The position numbers were made by a program, and so were the translations under genes. From Candidatus Woesearchaeota archaeon (lineage in GTDB: Archaea; Nanobdellota; Nanobdellia; Woesearchaeales; UBA12501), in NCBI GenBank assembly GCA_046484055.1, contig JAWOBY010000066.1, positions 18,928 through 82,927 on the forward strand: a DNA stretch of 64,000 nucleotides, written 5' to 3'. The notes under the pieces are model-generated. The model did no database searches, was not told the DNA's origin, and worked only from the letters and a program-made list of their open reading frames with translations. This document shows positions 20,368 to 30,379 of this stretch, in pieces; position 1 is the stretch's first letter, and each line of letters opens with the position of its first letter.

Positions 20368-21390
20368 TCAGTCCGCCTGCTCATGCGCATTCCCGTAATC
20401 CTTCTTTTGCGCTTCGATTACTGTTATGGCTGTTATGTCTACAATCTCCCGGACAGAACACCCCCTTGAGAGGTCATTAACCGGTTTTTTCAGGCCCTGA
20501 AGCACCGGCCCTACAGCCTGGGCCTTGCCGAAGAATGTTGCGAGCTTGTATCCTATGTTGGCTGCATTGAGCTCAGGGAATATGAGGACATTCGCTCCGC
20601 CATGCAGTTTGCAGTCAGGGCATTTTATCCTGCATACCTTGGGATCCACAGCAGCGTCAAGCTGCAATTCACCGTCAATGAGAAGGTCCGGAGCGTGGTA
20701 TTGGGCTATCTCTGTGGCTTCTTTCACTTTTTTCACCATCGGATGCTTCGCTGAACCCTTTGTGGAGAATGACAGCATCGCCACCTCGGGCTCCAGACCG
20801 AACCTTTTTGCGGTCATGGCGGTATCGATGGCTATGTTGGCCAGGTCTTTCGCGTCAGGATCCGGCTCCACAGCAGCATCAGCGAAAAGCATCAGCTTGT
20901 TCTTGAACATCATGAAGAATACCCCTGATACCTTATGGAACTTCTTCTTGGTCCCTATTATCTCGAATGCAGGCAGAAGGGTATGCGATGTGGGATGCAC
21001 AGCACCTGATATGAGGCCATCCGCATCCCCTGTCTGGACCATCATCACCCCGAAATGGACGGGTTCTTTCATTTTCTTCCTTGCCTTTTCAAGGGTGATC
21101 CCCTTGTGTTTCCTCAGCCTGTAAAACTCCTGGGAGTAAGAGTCAAGTTTCTTTGAATCCTCTGCCCCTATTATTTCGACCGTGTTCCGATCTATTGCGA
21201 GCCCGAGCTCTTTTATCCTGCCTATAATCTCTTTCTCATCGCCAATGAGGACAGGGCAGGCGATGCCTTCCCTTGTTATGGTTTCTATGGCCTTCAGTGT
21301 CCTTTCCTCTGTGGATTCAGGGTAGACTATCCTCTTGGGTTTTTTCTTTGCTTCTTCAATCCATTTTTCCATTATTTTTCTCATTGCCAT
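20368..21390 (-). CDS. pta: Phosphate acetyltransferase
   Basis: Blocks such as RLRKHKGITLEKARK, STKGSAKHP, IDGELQLDAA and NDLSRGCS match Pta (Methanosarcina-like). Start set at the internal MAMRKIMEK. Confidence 0.85.
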   Translation of the reverse strand: MAMRKIMEKWIEEAKKKPKRIVYPESTEERTLKAIETITREGIACPVLIGDEKEIIGRIKELGLAIDRNTVEIIGAEDSKKLDSYSQEFYRLRKHKGITLEKARKKMKEPVHFGVMMVQTGDADGLISGAVHPTSHTLLPAFEIIGTKKKFHKVSGVFFMMFKNKLMLFADAAVEPDPDAKDLANIAIDTAMTAKRFGLEPEVAMLSFSTKGSAKHPMVKKVKEATEIAQYHAPDLLIDGELQLDAAVDPKVCRIKCPDCKLHGGANVLIFPELNAANIGYKLATFFGKAQAVGPVLQGLKKPVNDLSRGCSVREIVDITAITVIEAQKKDYGNAHEQAD

Positions 21391-21590
21391 CTCGTAAGAT
21401 ATTCCATTATTTAAAAATTTGCACATACCGTGCAGGTCATACCCTGCCCAACCCCCCTAAACCCCTACTCAAAGGGGATGTTTCACATCTATAAGAGAGT
21501 GAAAAACCGTAACATATTAATAGTAGTACTACTTTTTCATTCACTGGGCAGGTAAAAATCGCCCAAAAAAAGAAAAAAGGGGGTTGGAAA

Positions 21591-22406
21591 ATGATAGTAA
21601 AGGAGGATTTTTTAAACAGGCTGAGAAGGTATTTCTCGCTGAATCTGTATGAAGTGAAGATTTGGACGGCTCTTCTTAGTAGGGGTGTGTCTACTGCTGG
21701 TGAGTTGTCTGATATTGCTAATGTTCCGAGGAGCAGGAGTTATGATGTTCTTGAGAGCCTCGAGAAGAAAGGGTTCGCAGTTACCAAGATCGGGAAGCCT
21801 ATCAAGTACATTGCTGTACCCCCATCAGAAGTGATCGAGAGGGTCAAGAAGAACATGAAGTCGGATGCTGACGAGAAGGTCAAGAAGCTTGAGGAACTGA
21901 AAGGCACTGATGTCATAGACGAACTCAATACGCTCCACACACAGGGGGTTGATCTCGTCGAGCCTTCAGACCTCAGCGGCTCATTGAGGGGGAGGCATAA
22001 CCTGTACAACCACCTTGAGCTGACCATAAGGAACGCCGAGAACTCTGTCACGATAATGACGACTGCACAGGGGCTCATGAGGAAGATAGAGGGGCTGAAA
22101 CCCACATTCGAGAAGCTAAAGAAGAGGGGAGTGAAGGTGAGGATTGCCGCACCGATAACAAAAGAGGCAGTCTCATCAGTGAAGGATGTGCAGAGCGTGG
22201 CAGAGGTGAGGCACACGAACTCAAAAGCCAGATTCTGCCTGGTTGATGGCAAGGAAGTGATATTCATGGTGCTTGATGACCAGGAGGTCCATCCCACATA
22301 TGATGTCGGAATCTGGGTGAACACCCCGTTCTTTGCGAACGCGCTGGAGAACCTCTATGACCTCGCGTGGAAAAGCATGAAACCCGCTAAGGAGATGGTC
22401 AAGTAG
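21591..22406 (+). CDS. TrmB-family transcriptional regulator (sugar-responsive type)
   Basis: N-terminal wHTH LSRGVSTAGELSDIANVPRSRSYDVLESLEKKGF. C-terminal TrmB effector-like domain. Paralog of the gene at 29273-30100. Confidence 0.75.
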   Translation: MIVKEDFLNRLRRYFSLNLYEVKIWTALLSRGVSTAGELSDIANVPRSRSYDVLESLEKKGFAVTKIGKPIKYIAVPPSEVIERVKKNMKSDADEKVKKLEELKGTDVIDELNTLHTQGVDLVEPSDLSGSLRGRHNLYNHLELTIRNAENSVTIMTTAQGLMRKIEGLKPTFEKLKKRGVKVRIAAPITKEAVSSVKDVQSVAEVRHTNSKARFCLVDGKEVIFMVLDDQEVHPTYDVGIWVNTPFFANALENLYDLAWKSMKPAKEMVK

Positions 22407-22502
22407 GCGTCCAATAATCCTCTTTTTTCTTATTCTTTTTTTCTCTTCTGAGTCACGGCCTGACAAAAAGCTTTTTAAATCACTTTGACCTTATTGAACA
22501 GC

Positions 22503-24059
22503 ATGACAGAGGAAGACATCAAAAGCATCACAGACAATCTTCACCCTCTTGAGAGGAAAGTGCTGCCACACATCGGGAAAACAAGTTCATTGAAGGAACT
22601 GACTGAGAAGAGCGGCCTCAAGCAGGTGGAGGTGATGAGGGCCCTGCAGTGGCTTGAGAACAAAGGGCTTCTGGAACTGCATTCAAAAAAGAAGACCATC
22701 ATTGAACTCGACAGCAATGGGAAGGAATACACAGAGAAGGGGTTGCCGGAAAAGAGATTTCTCCGCTGTATAAGGGATGGCTGGCTGCAATTTGATGAGA
22801 TACAGGAGAGAGCAGGCCTCAGCAGGGAGGAGTTCAATGTCTGCATAGGCGTGCTGAAAAGGAAAGCAGCCATAGAAGTGAAGGAGAAAAAAGCAGGGAT
22901 CACAGGACAGGGCCTGAAAATTCTGGAGAAAAAAAGCCTTGAGGAGCAGCTTATAGAGAAGATACACAAAACCAAGACCGATCCTGAATCGCTGGAGGAT
23001 GAGGAGAGATTCGCTTACGAAAGCCTCAAGAAGAGGAAAGGGATAATCAAGGAATCCGCTGAAAAGACAGTCCAGGCAAGCCTCACAGAAGAAGGGGAAA
23101 GAGCCAGGAAGTCAGCAGCCAGAGGCAACAGAAAGAAGGATAAAGATGTGGTGGACAGGCTCACTCCAGGAATGATCAGGGATTCTGCATGGAAAAACAA
23201 AAGGTTCAGGAAGTATGATATAACCTCGCCCGTGCCAAGGATACACGGAGGGAAAAGGCATTTCGTCAATCAGGCAATAAGAGACATCAAGAGGGTGTGG
23301 CTGGACATGGGCTTCAGTGAGATGACAGGCCCAATGCTTGACACCTCATTCTGGAATTTTGATGCCTTATTCACAGCCCAGGATCATCCGGTGAGGGAAC
23401 TGCAGGACACATTCTACATAAAGAATCCTGAGATGGGAAAGCTTCCTGACAGTAAAACAGTGAAGAGGGTGAAAAGAGCGCATGAGGATGGAGGGGATAC
23501 GGGCTCAAAAGGATGGGGTTACAAGTGGAGTGAAGAAGAGGCGAAGAGGAATGTTCTCAGGACGCATACCACCGTGCTGAGCGCAAAGACCATCGCAAGG
23601 CTGAAGAGATCCGAACTCCCCGCCAAGTTCTTCTCTGTAGCGAAATGCTTCAGGAATGAAGCGCTGGACTGGACCCACCTTTTCGAGCTGCACCAGATAG
23701 AGGGTATTGTTGTGGATCCTGATGCGAACTTCAGGCACCTCTTGGGGTATCTCAGGGAATTCTTCAGGAAACTGGGCTATGACAAGGTAAGGGTGAGACC
23801 GGCATACTTCCCGTACACAGAACCCTCAGCAGAAGTGGAAGTGTTCCATCCTGTGAAGAAGAGATGGATAGAGCTGGCTGGTGCAGGAATGTTCAGGCCT
23901 GAAGTAGTGAAGCCCCTGATAGGCGAGGAAGTGCCTGTCCTCGCATGGGGGATGGGGCTGGAGAGGAGCATAGCGGAATATTTTAACATAGATGATATAA
24001 GAAATATCTATAACAATGACCTGAAAATGCTCAGGGAGATAAAAATATGGAGGGATTAA
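22503..24059 (+). CDS. pheS: Phenylalanine--tRNA ligase alpha subunit
   Basis: N-terminal winged-helix repeats. Class II core motifs (FRNEALDWTHLFELHQIEG, GAGMFRPEV). ATG at 22503 was preferred over the track's TTG start. Confidence 0.9.
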   Translation: MTEEDIKSITDNLHPLERKVLPHIGKTSSLKELTEKSGLKQVEVMRALQWLENKGLLELHSKKKTIIELDSNGKEYTEKGLPEKRFLRCIRDGWLQFDEIQERAGLSREEFNVCIGVLKRKAAIEVKEKKAGITGQGLKILEKKSLEEQLIEKIHKTKTDPESLEDEERFAYESLKKRKGIIKESAEKTVQASLTEEGERARKSAARGNRKKDKDVVDRLTPGMIRDSAWKNKRFRKYDITSPVPRIHGGKRHFVNQAIRDIKRVWLDMGFSEMTGPMLDTSFWNFDALFTAQDHPVRELQDTFYIKNPEMGKLPDSKTVKRVKRAHEDGGDTGSKGWGYKWSEEEAKRNVLRTHTTVLSAKTIARLKRSELPAKFFSVAKCFRNEALDWTHLFELHQIEGIVVDPDANFRHLLGYLREFFRKLGYDKVRVRPAYFPYTEPSAEVEVFHPVKKRWIELAGAGMFRPEVVKPLIGEEVPVLAWGMGLERSIAEYFNIDDIRNIYNNDLKMLREIKIWRD

Positions 24060-24060
24060 T

Positions 24061-24327
24061 ATGCTGGTTTTGGGTGTGACAGGATTCGGACTGCTCTTCA
24101 TCGCTTACGTGCTGAGCCTTTTTGCTGTACTGGATCAGGAATCAGTGGTTTTCAACATCCTCAATTTTGCGGGGGCCGCGCTGATAGCTTATTTCATCTA
24201 CAGCGAGGGCATGGTTTATATAGCCCTTCTCCCCTCAGCATGGGCCATTATTGCAGTGTATTATATGATAGGCCATAAGATACCTCACAAGGGAAAACAC
24301 AACAGCCAGAGACACAACAATCACTGA
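24061..24327 (+). CDS. Small membrane protein (2-3 TM), hypothetical
   Basis: 88 aa with hydrophobic helices. Placed between pheS and pheT with a start 2 nt after the pheS stop. Confidence 0.4.
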   Translation: MLVLGVTGFGLLFIAYVLSLFAVLDQESVVFNILNFAGAALIAYFIYSEGMVYIALLPSAWAIIAVYYMIGHKIPHKGKHNSQRHNNH

Positions 24328-24423
24328 TATAGCAAAGACTATGAAAGATTGTTATGATCATTATAAGAGTATCGAATATTAAAATGTCAATCAGCGGATG
24401 ATCGCAAAGGAGAGCTGAAAAGA

Positions 24424-26079
24424 ATGCCCACAATAACATTGAACAAAAAAGTTTTCGAGAGGCTGGTCGGAAGGAAGATGCCTGCTGGAGAACTGAAGGA
24501 GACCATAAGCTATATAGGCACGGACCTTGAGGGGATTGAAGGCAATGAGATACACGTTGAAGTATTCCCTAACAGGCCGGACATGCTGTCCGAACAGGGG
24601 TTTGCAAGAGCCATCTCATCATTCACTGGCATAAAGAAAGGACTCAGAGGATACAAGGCCAAAAAGTCAGGAGAGAAGGTCATAATAGACAGGTCAGTCT
24701 CTAAAGTCAGGCCTTACACGGCATGCGCGATAGTGAAGAATCTTGATTTTGATGATGAGAAGATAAAAGAGCTGGTGGAGATACAGGAAAAACTCCATAT
24801 GACTTATGGCAGGAAGAGGAAGAAAGCAGCAATAGGCATATATCCTTACGAAAAGATAAAACCCCCCATAAGGTTCATGGCCAGTCCCCCCAAGGAGATA
24901 AGATTCAGGCCCCTTGAATCGGAGAAGGAGATGGACGCAGCTCAGGTGCTGAGAGATACAAGCGCAGGCAGGGAATACGGCGGACTGCTCGAAGGGCTGG
25001 ACAAGTATCCTTTCTTCATCGACTCGAAAGGCAACATACTCTCGATGCCCCCCATAATCAACTCGCACACGACAGGCAAGATCAGCGAGGACACAAAAGA
25101 GGTCTTTATCGAGTGTTCAGGTTTTGATTTCAATGTTCTCAGCGTATGCCTCAACATCATAGTCACTGCACTGGCTGATATGGGAGGGGAGATATATTCG
25201 ATGGAACTCGAGTACTGTGACACCAAGAGAAGGACACCTGACCTGGAACCACGAAGGATAAAAGTGAACCCCCGCTACATCAATAGTCTTCTGGGCCTGA
25301 ATCTGAAGGAGAAAGATATAAAGGACTGCCTCGAAAGGATGGGATACGGATACTCAAAAGGGACTGCGCTGGTCCCCCCCTACCGCGCCGACGTGCTGCA
25401 CCAGGTCGATATCGTTGAGGATATTGGGATCGCTTACGGGTATAAGAATTTCAATGAAGAGATACCCAAAGTGGCCACAACAGCGAGAGAAGACCCCTTC
25501 AATATATTCAAGGGAAGGATAGCTGACCTGCTCACAGGCCTGGGCATGATAGAGACCAGTACATACAATCTGATAGACAAGAAAACCCAGACAAAAGACT
25601 GCGGCCTCGACGTGGAGGTGGTTGAGATAATAGATCCGGTGAGCAGGGACTATAACTCACTGAGATTCTGGATGATTCCGAGCCTCCTCAATGTGCTTAA
25701 GAACAATAAGCATAACGAGTTCCCCCAGCGCATATTTGAGATAGGGAGTGTTTTCAAGCGCAGCGACAAGGAGGAAAGCGGGGTAAGCGAGGCCGCCCGC
25801 CTTGGCGTGCTGCTCTGCGGTTCAAAGGCGGATTTCACTGATATCATGCAGGTAGCTGATTACATAATGAGGATGCTGGGAGCGGAATATGAGGTCATGG
25901 AGACACAATTTCCCCCTTTCATAGAGGGCAGAGCAGGGAGGATTGCCGTCAATGGCAAGAAAGTGGCCTATATAGGCGAAACACATCCTGCTGTGCTTGA
26001 GAGATTTGATATCGAGACACCTGTTGCGGCCCTTGAACTGAACCTGACTGACCTTTTCAAGGTATTAGAGAGCGCATGA
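24424..26079 (+). CDS. pheT: Phenylalanine--tRNA ligase beta subunit
   Basis: 551 aa. B3/B4 and B5 domains. Archaeal PheT N-terminus MPTITLNKKVFERL. Confidence 0.9.
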   Translation: MPTITLNKKVFERLVGRKMPAGELKETISYIGTDLEGIEGNEIHVEVFPNRPDMLSEQGFARAISSFTGIKKGLRGYKAKKSGEKVIIDRSVSKVRPYTACAIVKNLDFDDEKIKELVEIQEKLHMTYGRKRKKAAIGIYPYEKIKPPIRFMASPPKEIRFRPLESEKEMDAAQVLRDTSAGREYGGLLEGLDKYPFFIDSKGNILSMPPIINSHTTGKISEDTKEVFIECSGFDFNVLSVCLNIIVTALADMGGEIYSMELEYCDTKRRTPDLEPRRIKVNPRYINSLLGLNLKEKDIKDCLERMGYGYSKGTALVPPYRADVLHQVDIVEDIGIAYGYKNFNEEIPKVATTAREDPFNIFKGRIADLLTGLGMIETSTYNLIDKKTQTKDCGLDVEVVEIIDPVSRDYNSLRFWMIPSLLNVLKNNKHNEFPQRIFEIGSVFKRSDKEESGVSEAARLGVLLCGSKADFTDIMQVADYIMRMLGAEYEVMETQFPPFIEGRAGRIAVNGKKVAYIGETHPAVLERFDIETPVAALELNLTDLFKVLESA

Positions 26080-26121
26080 AACGTCCACCAAAAAGAATAA
26101 GATCATAAGAATAAGAGACAG

Positions 26122-26658
26122 TCATTCTTTGTTCCGGGCCTTATTTTGCCCTGTCCCTGAACCGCTTTTAGCATTCCCGCTTTCCTTTACGCTCTGTCCG
26201 CTTGCTGGGGCGGCCTTTCCGCTCTTACCTGCACCGCCGCTCTTATCCGCACCGACATTCCCTGATTTTCCGGGTGTTTTTTCAGTGTCAGTGCTGTCCC
26301 CTCCTCCACTCTTGTCACTGCCTGCGGCTTTCGGGGCCCCTTCTTTCCGGGACTGCCCTTTTGTCTTCCTCTTCTTGACAGGCTTCTCGGGCTTGGTCTT
26401 GCTTTTTTTCTTCTCTTCCTTCACTTCTATATTGAGTTTCCTGAACTCTTCCATCACATCATTGTGGGTTGCGTTCTTCTTTATCTTGATAGAATCCTGA
26501 AGGGGTTCCAGATGCCTGATGTTGCATCTTTTCCTCCTGGTCTGGCCGTCTATGGTCACATATCCGTTTTCAGGAGCATCCAATGCAACGCATTTCAGGC
26601 CTGCATCCCTTCCTGCAATCTTTAAGCATAACCTGCCCGGTTCGATCATTTCATTCAC
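26122..26658 (-). CDS. rpl14e: 50S ribosomal protein L14e with a long K/G/S-rich C-terminal extension
   Basis: Core GRLCLKIAGRDAGLKCVALD...RRKRCNIRHLEP matches L14e. A ~100 aa low-complexity tail follows (KKKSKTKPEKPVKKRKTKG...). Confidence 0.75.
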   Translation of the reverse strand: MNEMIEPGRLCLKIAGRDAGLKCVALDAPENGYVTIDGQTRRKRCNIRHLEPLQDSIKIKKNATHNDVMEEFRKLNIEVKEEKKKSKTKPEKPVKKRKTKGQSRKEGAPKAAGSDKSGGGDSTDTEKTPGKSGNVGADKSGGAGKSGKAAPASGQSVKESGNAKSGSGTGQNKARNKE

Positions 26659-26659
26659 C

Positions 26660-26965
26660 TTATTGTTTTGGATCCTCTCTGGATTTGTTGATCTGGAATT
26701 CCTGTCTAGAGCCTTTTATGAGTTTCGCCCTTGTGCATTTTGAGCAAAGGACACCCCCGTAAGGCCTTTGGGGCCTTTTATGGCTTTTTGTGAGGTTTTT
26801 CATCTTTTTGGGCCTCTCTCTGGCTGTTCCGCTAAGTTCAGTGCCGCATGAGGCGCATTTGGCCTTTGAAGGCTTCTTTGGCCTGTAGAAAAGCCTTGAT
26901 ATTCCTTTTGGAGCCCTCCTGAATACCCTTCTCAGCGTCCTGGATTTTTGTCTTCCTGTAGGCAT
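26660..26965 (-). CDS. rpl34e: 50S ribosomal protein L34e
   Basis: MPTGRQKSRTLRRVFRRAPKG...KAKCASCGTEL zinc-ribbon pattern of L34e. Confidence 0.8.
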   Translation of the reverse strand: MPTGRQKSRTLRRVFRRAPKGISRLFYRPKKPSKAKCASCGTELSGTARERPKKMKNLTKSHKRPQRPYGGVLCSKCTRAKLIKGSRQEFQINKSREDPKQ

Positions 26966-27360
26966 TGTTACTCCTGAGGAAACAGGCCTCTTTATAAATG
27001 TTTTGTGAATCCGGATTTTATGAGGCCATTGGAACCCTAAAAATGACCTGGAATGAGGCAGGTACAGATAGCAAAAAGCCCGTTAAAACGAAAATTTTAA
27101 AAATGGGAAACACGGTATTTAAGGTATGAAAAATAACTCTTATGGGCCCATATTTTCAATACCCCCCTTTATCACAATGTCGATGTTCTCAGATGATAAA
27201 TCCATCACCAACTCTGAGCGACCACGGGAACACAGAATGGATGAGCCGGGAAGGGGCACCAATTATATCATAGATATCATGGCTGATGCCATAAACGGCC
27301 AAGGCCCTTTTTTTGTGCCTTGCTGGCCGGTCTCAAATACAACAGGAGTTCTTGCCTAAA

Positions 27361-27861
27361 ATGAAGCTTTCAAATAAACTAATAGATGAGGTCATTGCCG
27401 AACTTGTGGGGGAGGATGCCATACCTCTTGTCAAGGCCCTCAAGAACAGGAAGAATGTTTCTGAATTCAAGCTTGCAGAGAAGCTTGGGCAAGAGATAAA
27501 TGTAGTCAGGAACATGCTCTACAGGCTCTACCACCTCAACCTGGTGTCCTTCGTCAGAAGAAAAGACAGGGTCAAAGGGTGGTATATCTATTACTGGACC
27601 TTCAAGACAAAGATGATAAAATACCTTGCAGAACAGCTCAGGAAGAAGAAACTCGAAAAAACTAAAGAGAAGCTGGAGAGGGAGAAGAACAGCCAGTTCT
27701 TCAACTGCCCTAACAAGTGCATGCGGCTCAGCTTCGATCAGGTGGTGGATTTCCGTTTCAAATGCCCTGAATGCGGCGCGATAATGGAACAGGAAGATCC
27801 GAAGGAGATAGTGGAAAAGCTGAAAAAAGATATAAAGAAGCTTGAGGAAAGCATTAAATGA
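27361..27861 (+). CDS. tfe: Transcription factor E (TFE, TFIIE-alpha homolog)
   Basis: N-terminal winged helix. C-terminal zinc ribbon CPNKC...CPECG. Start set at the internal MKLSNK. Confidence 0.75.
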   Translation: MKLSNKLIDEVIAELVGEDAIPLVKALKNRKNVSEFKLAEKLGQEINVVRNMLYRLYHLNLVSFVRRKDRVKGWYIYYWTFKTKMIKYLAEQLRKKKLEKTKEKLEREKNSQFFNCPNKCMRLSFDQVVDFRFKCPECGAIMEQEDPKEIVEKLKKDIKKLEESIK

Positions 27862-28730
27862 AAAATATCCTTGTGGCATTCCCCCGCTCCGAAGATCTTG
27901 TCAAGAGGATAGCGAGGAAAAAGAAGTGGCCCTGGACCAGTATTGACATACGGAAGTTCCCTGACGGGGAGACGAACCTGCGTTTCAGGAAAGACCCGAA
28001 GGGCAAGGACCTGTACCTGGTGGATTCTTTCGATGAGCCAAATGATGACCTCATCACACTGCTCTTTGCGGCGCGCACCGCAAAAGAGCTTAAGGCAAGG
28101 AAGGTTTTCCTGATATCCCCTTATCTGGGTTATATGAGGCAGGACAAACGGTTCAGGCCGTATGAAGCCGTAAGCAGCAGGATAATGGCGGACTTGCTCA
28201 ACCCCTGCCTTGATGGCATCATGACCATAGACCCCCACCTTCACAGGTACAGCAGCCTGAATGATATATTCTCAATGAGGTCTGAAAAACTGACAGCAGA
28301 CCCTCTGATCGCTGAGTTCGTGAAAAAGAATTACAGCAATCCGGTGGTTGTGGGCCCTGACGAGGAATCGTACCAGTGGGCAAGGAAGGTGGCGGGCCTG
28401 ATAGGCTGTGAAGCCACTGTCCTGAAGAAGAAGAGGTATACTGCAAAGCATGTGTCTATAAAGTTGAGAGAAGGGGTTGATGTCAGGGGCAAAGATGTGA
28501 TCATCATAGATGATATAATAAGCACGGGCCATACAATGGCGGAAACAGTAAAGGATGTGAAAAATGCGGGGGCAAAAAGGGTGTGCTGCATCTGCGTCCA
28601 CGCAATCTTTGCCGGCGGCTCGCATGAAATGCTCAGGAAACTCGGCGCAAGGGTGGTCTCATGCAACACCATCCCCCACAAAACCAACAGGATAGATGTT
28701 TCAGGGCTGATAAGTTCTTCTCTTAAGTAA
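27858..28730 (+). CDS. prs: Ribose-phosphate pyrophosphokinase (PRPP synthetase)
   Basis: PRPP-binding loop VIIIDDIISTGHTM. N-terminal Prs fold. Overlaps the tfe stop. Confidence 0.8.
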   Translation: MKNILVAFPRSEDLVKRIARKKKWPWTSIDIRKFPDGETNLRFRKDPKGKDLYLVDSFDEPNDDLITLLFAARTAKELKARKVFLISPYLGYMRQDKRFRPYEAVSSRIMADLLNPCLDGIMTIDPHLHRYSSLNDIFSMRSEKLTADPLIAEFVKKNYSNPVVVGPDEESYQWARKVAGLIGCEATVLKKKRYTAKHVSIKLREGVDVRGKDVIIIDDIISTGHTMAETVKDVKNAGAKRVCCICVHAIFAGGSHEMLRKLGARVVSCNTIPHKTNRIDVSGLISSSLK

Positions 28731-28857
28731 GACAGACCAAAAACAGGTTAAGCAAGACCATAAAGAAAGGACCATATGATAAAAATCTAAAATAAAGAGA
28801 AGATAATAAAAATTAAACAAAGATAATCTTTATCATTAAACGCAAAAGAAAAATTAT

Positions 28858-29064
28858 CTATTTTTTCATGGACTTCTGGATCTTCTTTTCCTCTTTCTCT
28901 ATGGTTTCCTCTTCTTTGAGCACCTTGTTAACTACCTTCTCAACATGATGGTCTATCCTTGATATCCTCCTCTCAAGGAGCACAAGAATCCTGAGGCTGT
29001 ACACTATAGCTGCTAAAGTGCCTATTATGATGGCCAGAATAACTCCTTCAAGACTTAACGGCAT
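28858..29064 (-). CDS. Small single-pass membrane protein, hypothetical
   Basis: 68 aa with an N-terminal TM helix and a K/E-rich tail. Confidence 0.3.
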   Translation of the reverse strand: MPLSLEGVILAIIIGTLAAIVYSLRILVLLERRISRIDHHVEKVVNKVLKEEETIEKEEKKIQKSMKK

Positions 29065-29272
29065 TTTATCACCTTCCTTTTTTGTTTGCGGGCCTAAATG
29101 CTTTGCAATGCTTCGGTTTCCTTGAAACCACTCCTAGACCCAAACGAATATGTTGTGTTAACCCCACACAAACCCCTTTAATATAAAAAGCTTTCTTTTT
29201 GAAGCGGCCTCTTGGATTCCTGAAGCATTCAAACAGAGAAATCCGCATCCAACGCCTTCGCTCACAGAGGAC

Positions 29273-30100
29273 TCACACAGAGAGTATCTCTTTTGCATGG
29301 CTGGCCTTCTCCCATTCACTGTCAAAAAGCTTTGTCAATGAGGATGTGAAGAATCCTGTGTTAACCCAGACTCCTGCATCATATGTGGGGTGTACGTCCT
29401 TATCATCCATGAGCATGAAGGTCAGCTCCTTGTCATCCACTATGCAGAACCTGGATTTCACATTCCCGATGTGCTTCACATGGGCAAAATTCTGGAGTTC
29501 TTTGATAAAAGGTTCTGTGTCTTTTGACAATGGCGCAGCTATCCTCACGTTGACCCCCCTGTCAGCGGCTTTCTTGAGGGTTGATTTCATATTCTCATAT
29601 TTTCTCTTCAGGCCTTCAGAGGTTGTCATTATGACAACTGATTTTTCAGCATTCTTTATCATTGATTCCATATGGGTATAGACAGAGGACCTTCCCTTAA
29701 GCGCTCCGCTGAGGTCTGTAGGCTCGACCATGTCCACTCCCTGCTTGTGGAGAGCGTTCAATTCTCCCAGGATCTCGGATGATTTTATGCCCTCGAGCAT
29801 CTTGGCCTGTTCATCAGCATTCTCCTTGACTTTTTTCTTTACCCTCTCGATCACTTCTGATGGGGGTACAGCAATGTACTTGATAGGCTTCCCGATCTTC
29901 ATTATGATGAACCCTTTCTTCTCGAGGCTCTCAAGAACATCATAACTCCTGCTCCTCGGAACATTAGCAATATCAGACAACTCACCAGCAGTAGACACAC
30001 CCCTACTAAGAAGAGCCGTCCATAATTTGCTTTCATATGTGTTGAGGCCAAAATCCTTTAATTTATTCAAAAATTTCTGTTGTATAAGCATTTTATGCAC
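29273..30100 (-). CDS. TrmB-family transcriptional regulator, paralog of the gene at 21591-22406
   Basis: The wHTH block is identical at both amino-acid and nucleotide level. The C-terminal effector domain has diverged (DDKDVHPTYDAGVWVNTGFF). Confidence 0.75.
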   Translation of the reverse strand: MHKMLIQQKFLNKLKDFGLNTYESKLWTALLSRGVSTAGELSDIANVPRSRSYDVLESLEKKGFIIMKIGKPIKYIAVPPSEVIERVKKKVKENADEQAKMLEGIKSSEILGELNALHKQGVDMVEPTDLSGALKGRSSVYTHMESMIKNAEKSVVIMTTSEGLKRKYENMKSTLKKAADRGVNVRIAAPLSKDTEPFIKELQNFAHVKHIGNVKSRFCIVDDKELTFMLMDDKDVHPTYDAGVWVNTGFFTSSLTKLFDSEWEKASHAKEILSV

Positions 30101-30379
30101 CTTTCTACCAAATATTTATAAACTGATATTTGGTGTGATTTAATAATAATTACAAAGGCTTTACAGCCTAAGAAACCCCTTTTTGGCAGAAGCACACCCA
30201 ATCCTGCCTACTCTTCATAGGATAGGTATACACAACTAATATATAAATATTTCTATTTTTTAGTATTGGGGAGTGATAAATTTTTTATATTCTGCCTTAA
30301 ATTTGCTTACAGCGGCTGTGGGATTAATATTCTGTTAAAACAATCATCCAACCCACCATTATTTCATACTCTGATCTTC

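Noticed and set aside
27126-27359. 77 aa ORF in the L34e/tfe divergent intergenic region
   Set aside because: No homology. It overlaps promoter elements, and the tfe start is better placed at 27361.
21655-30015. Inverted identical blocks considered as terminal repeats of a mobile element
   Set aside because: The blocks are coding sequence of paralogous regulators. No transposase or integrase, target duplication, or distinctive cargo lies between them; the interval contains housekeeping genes.
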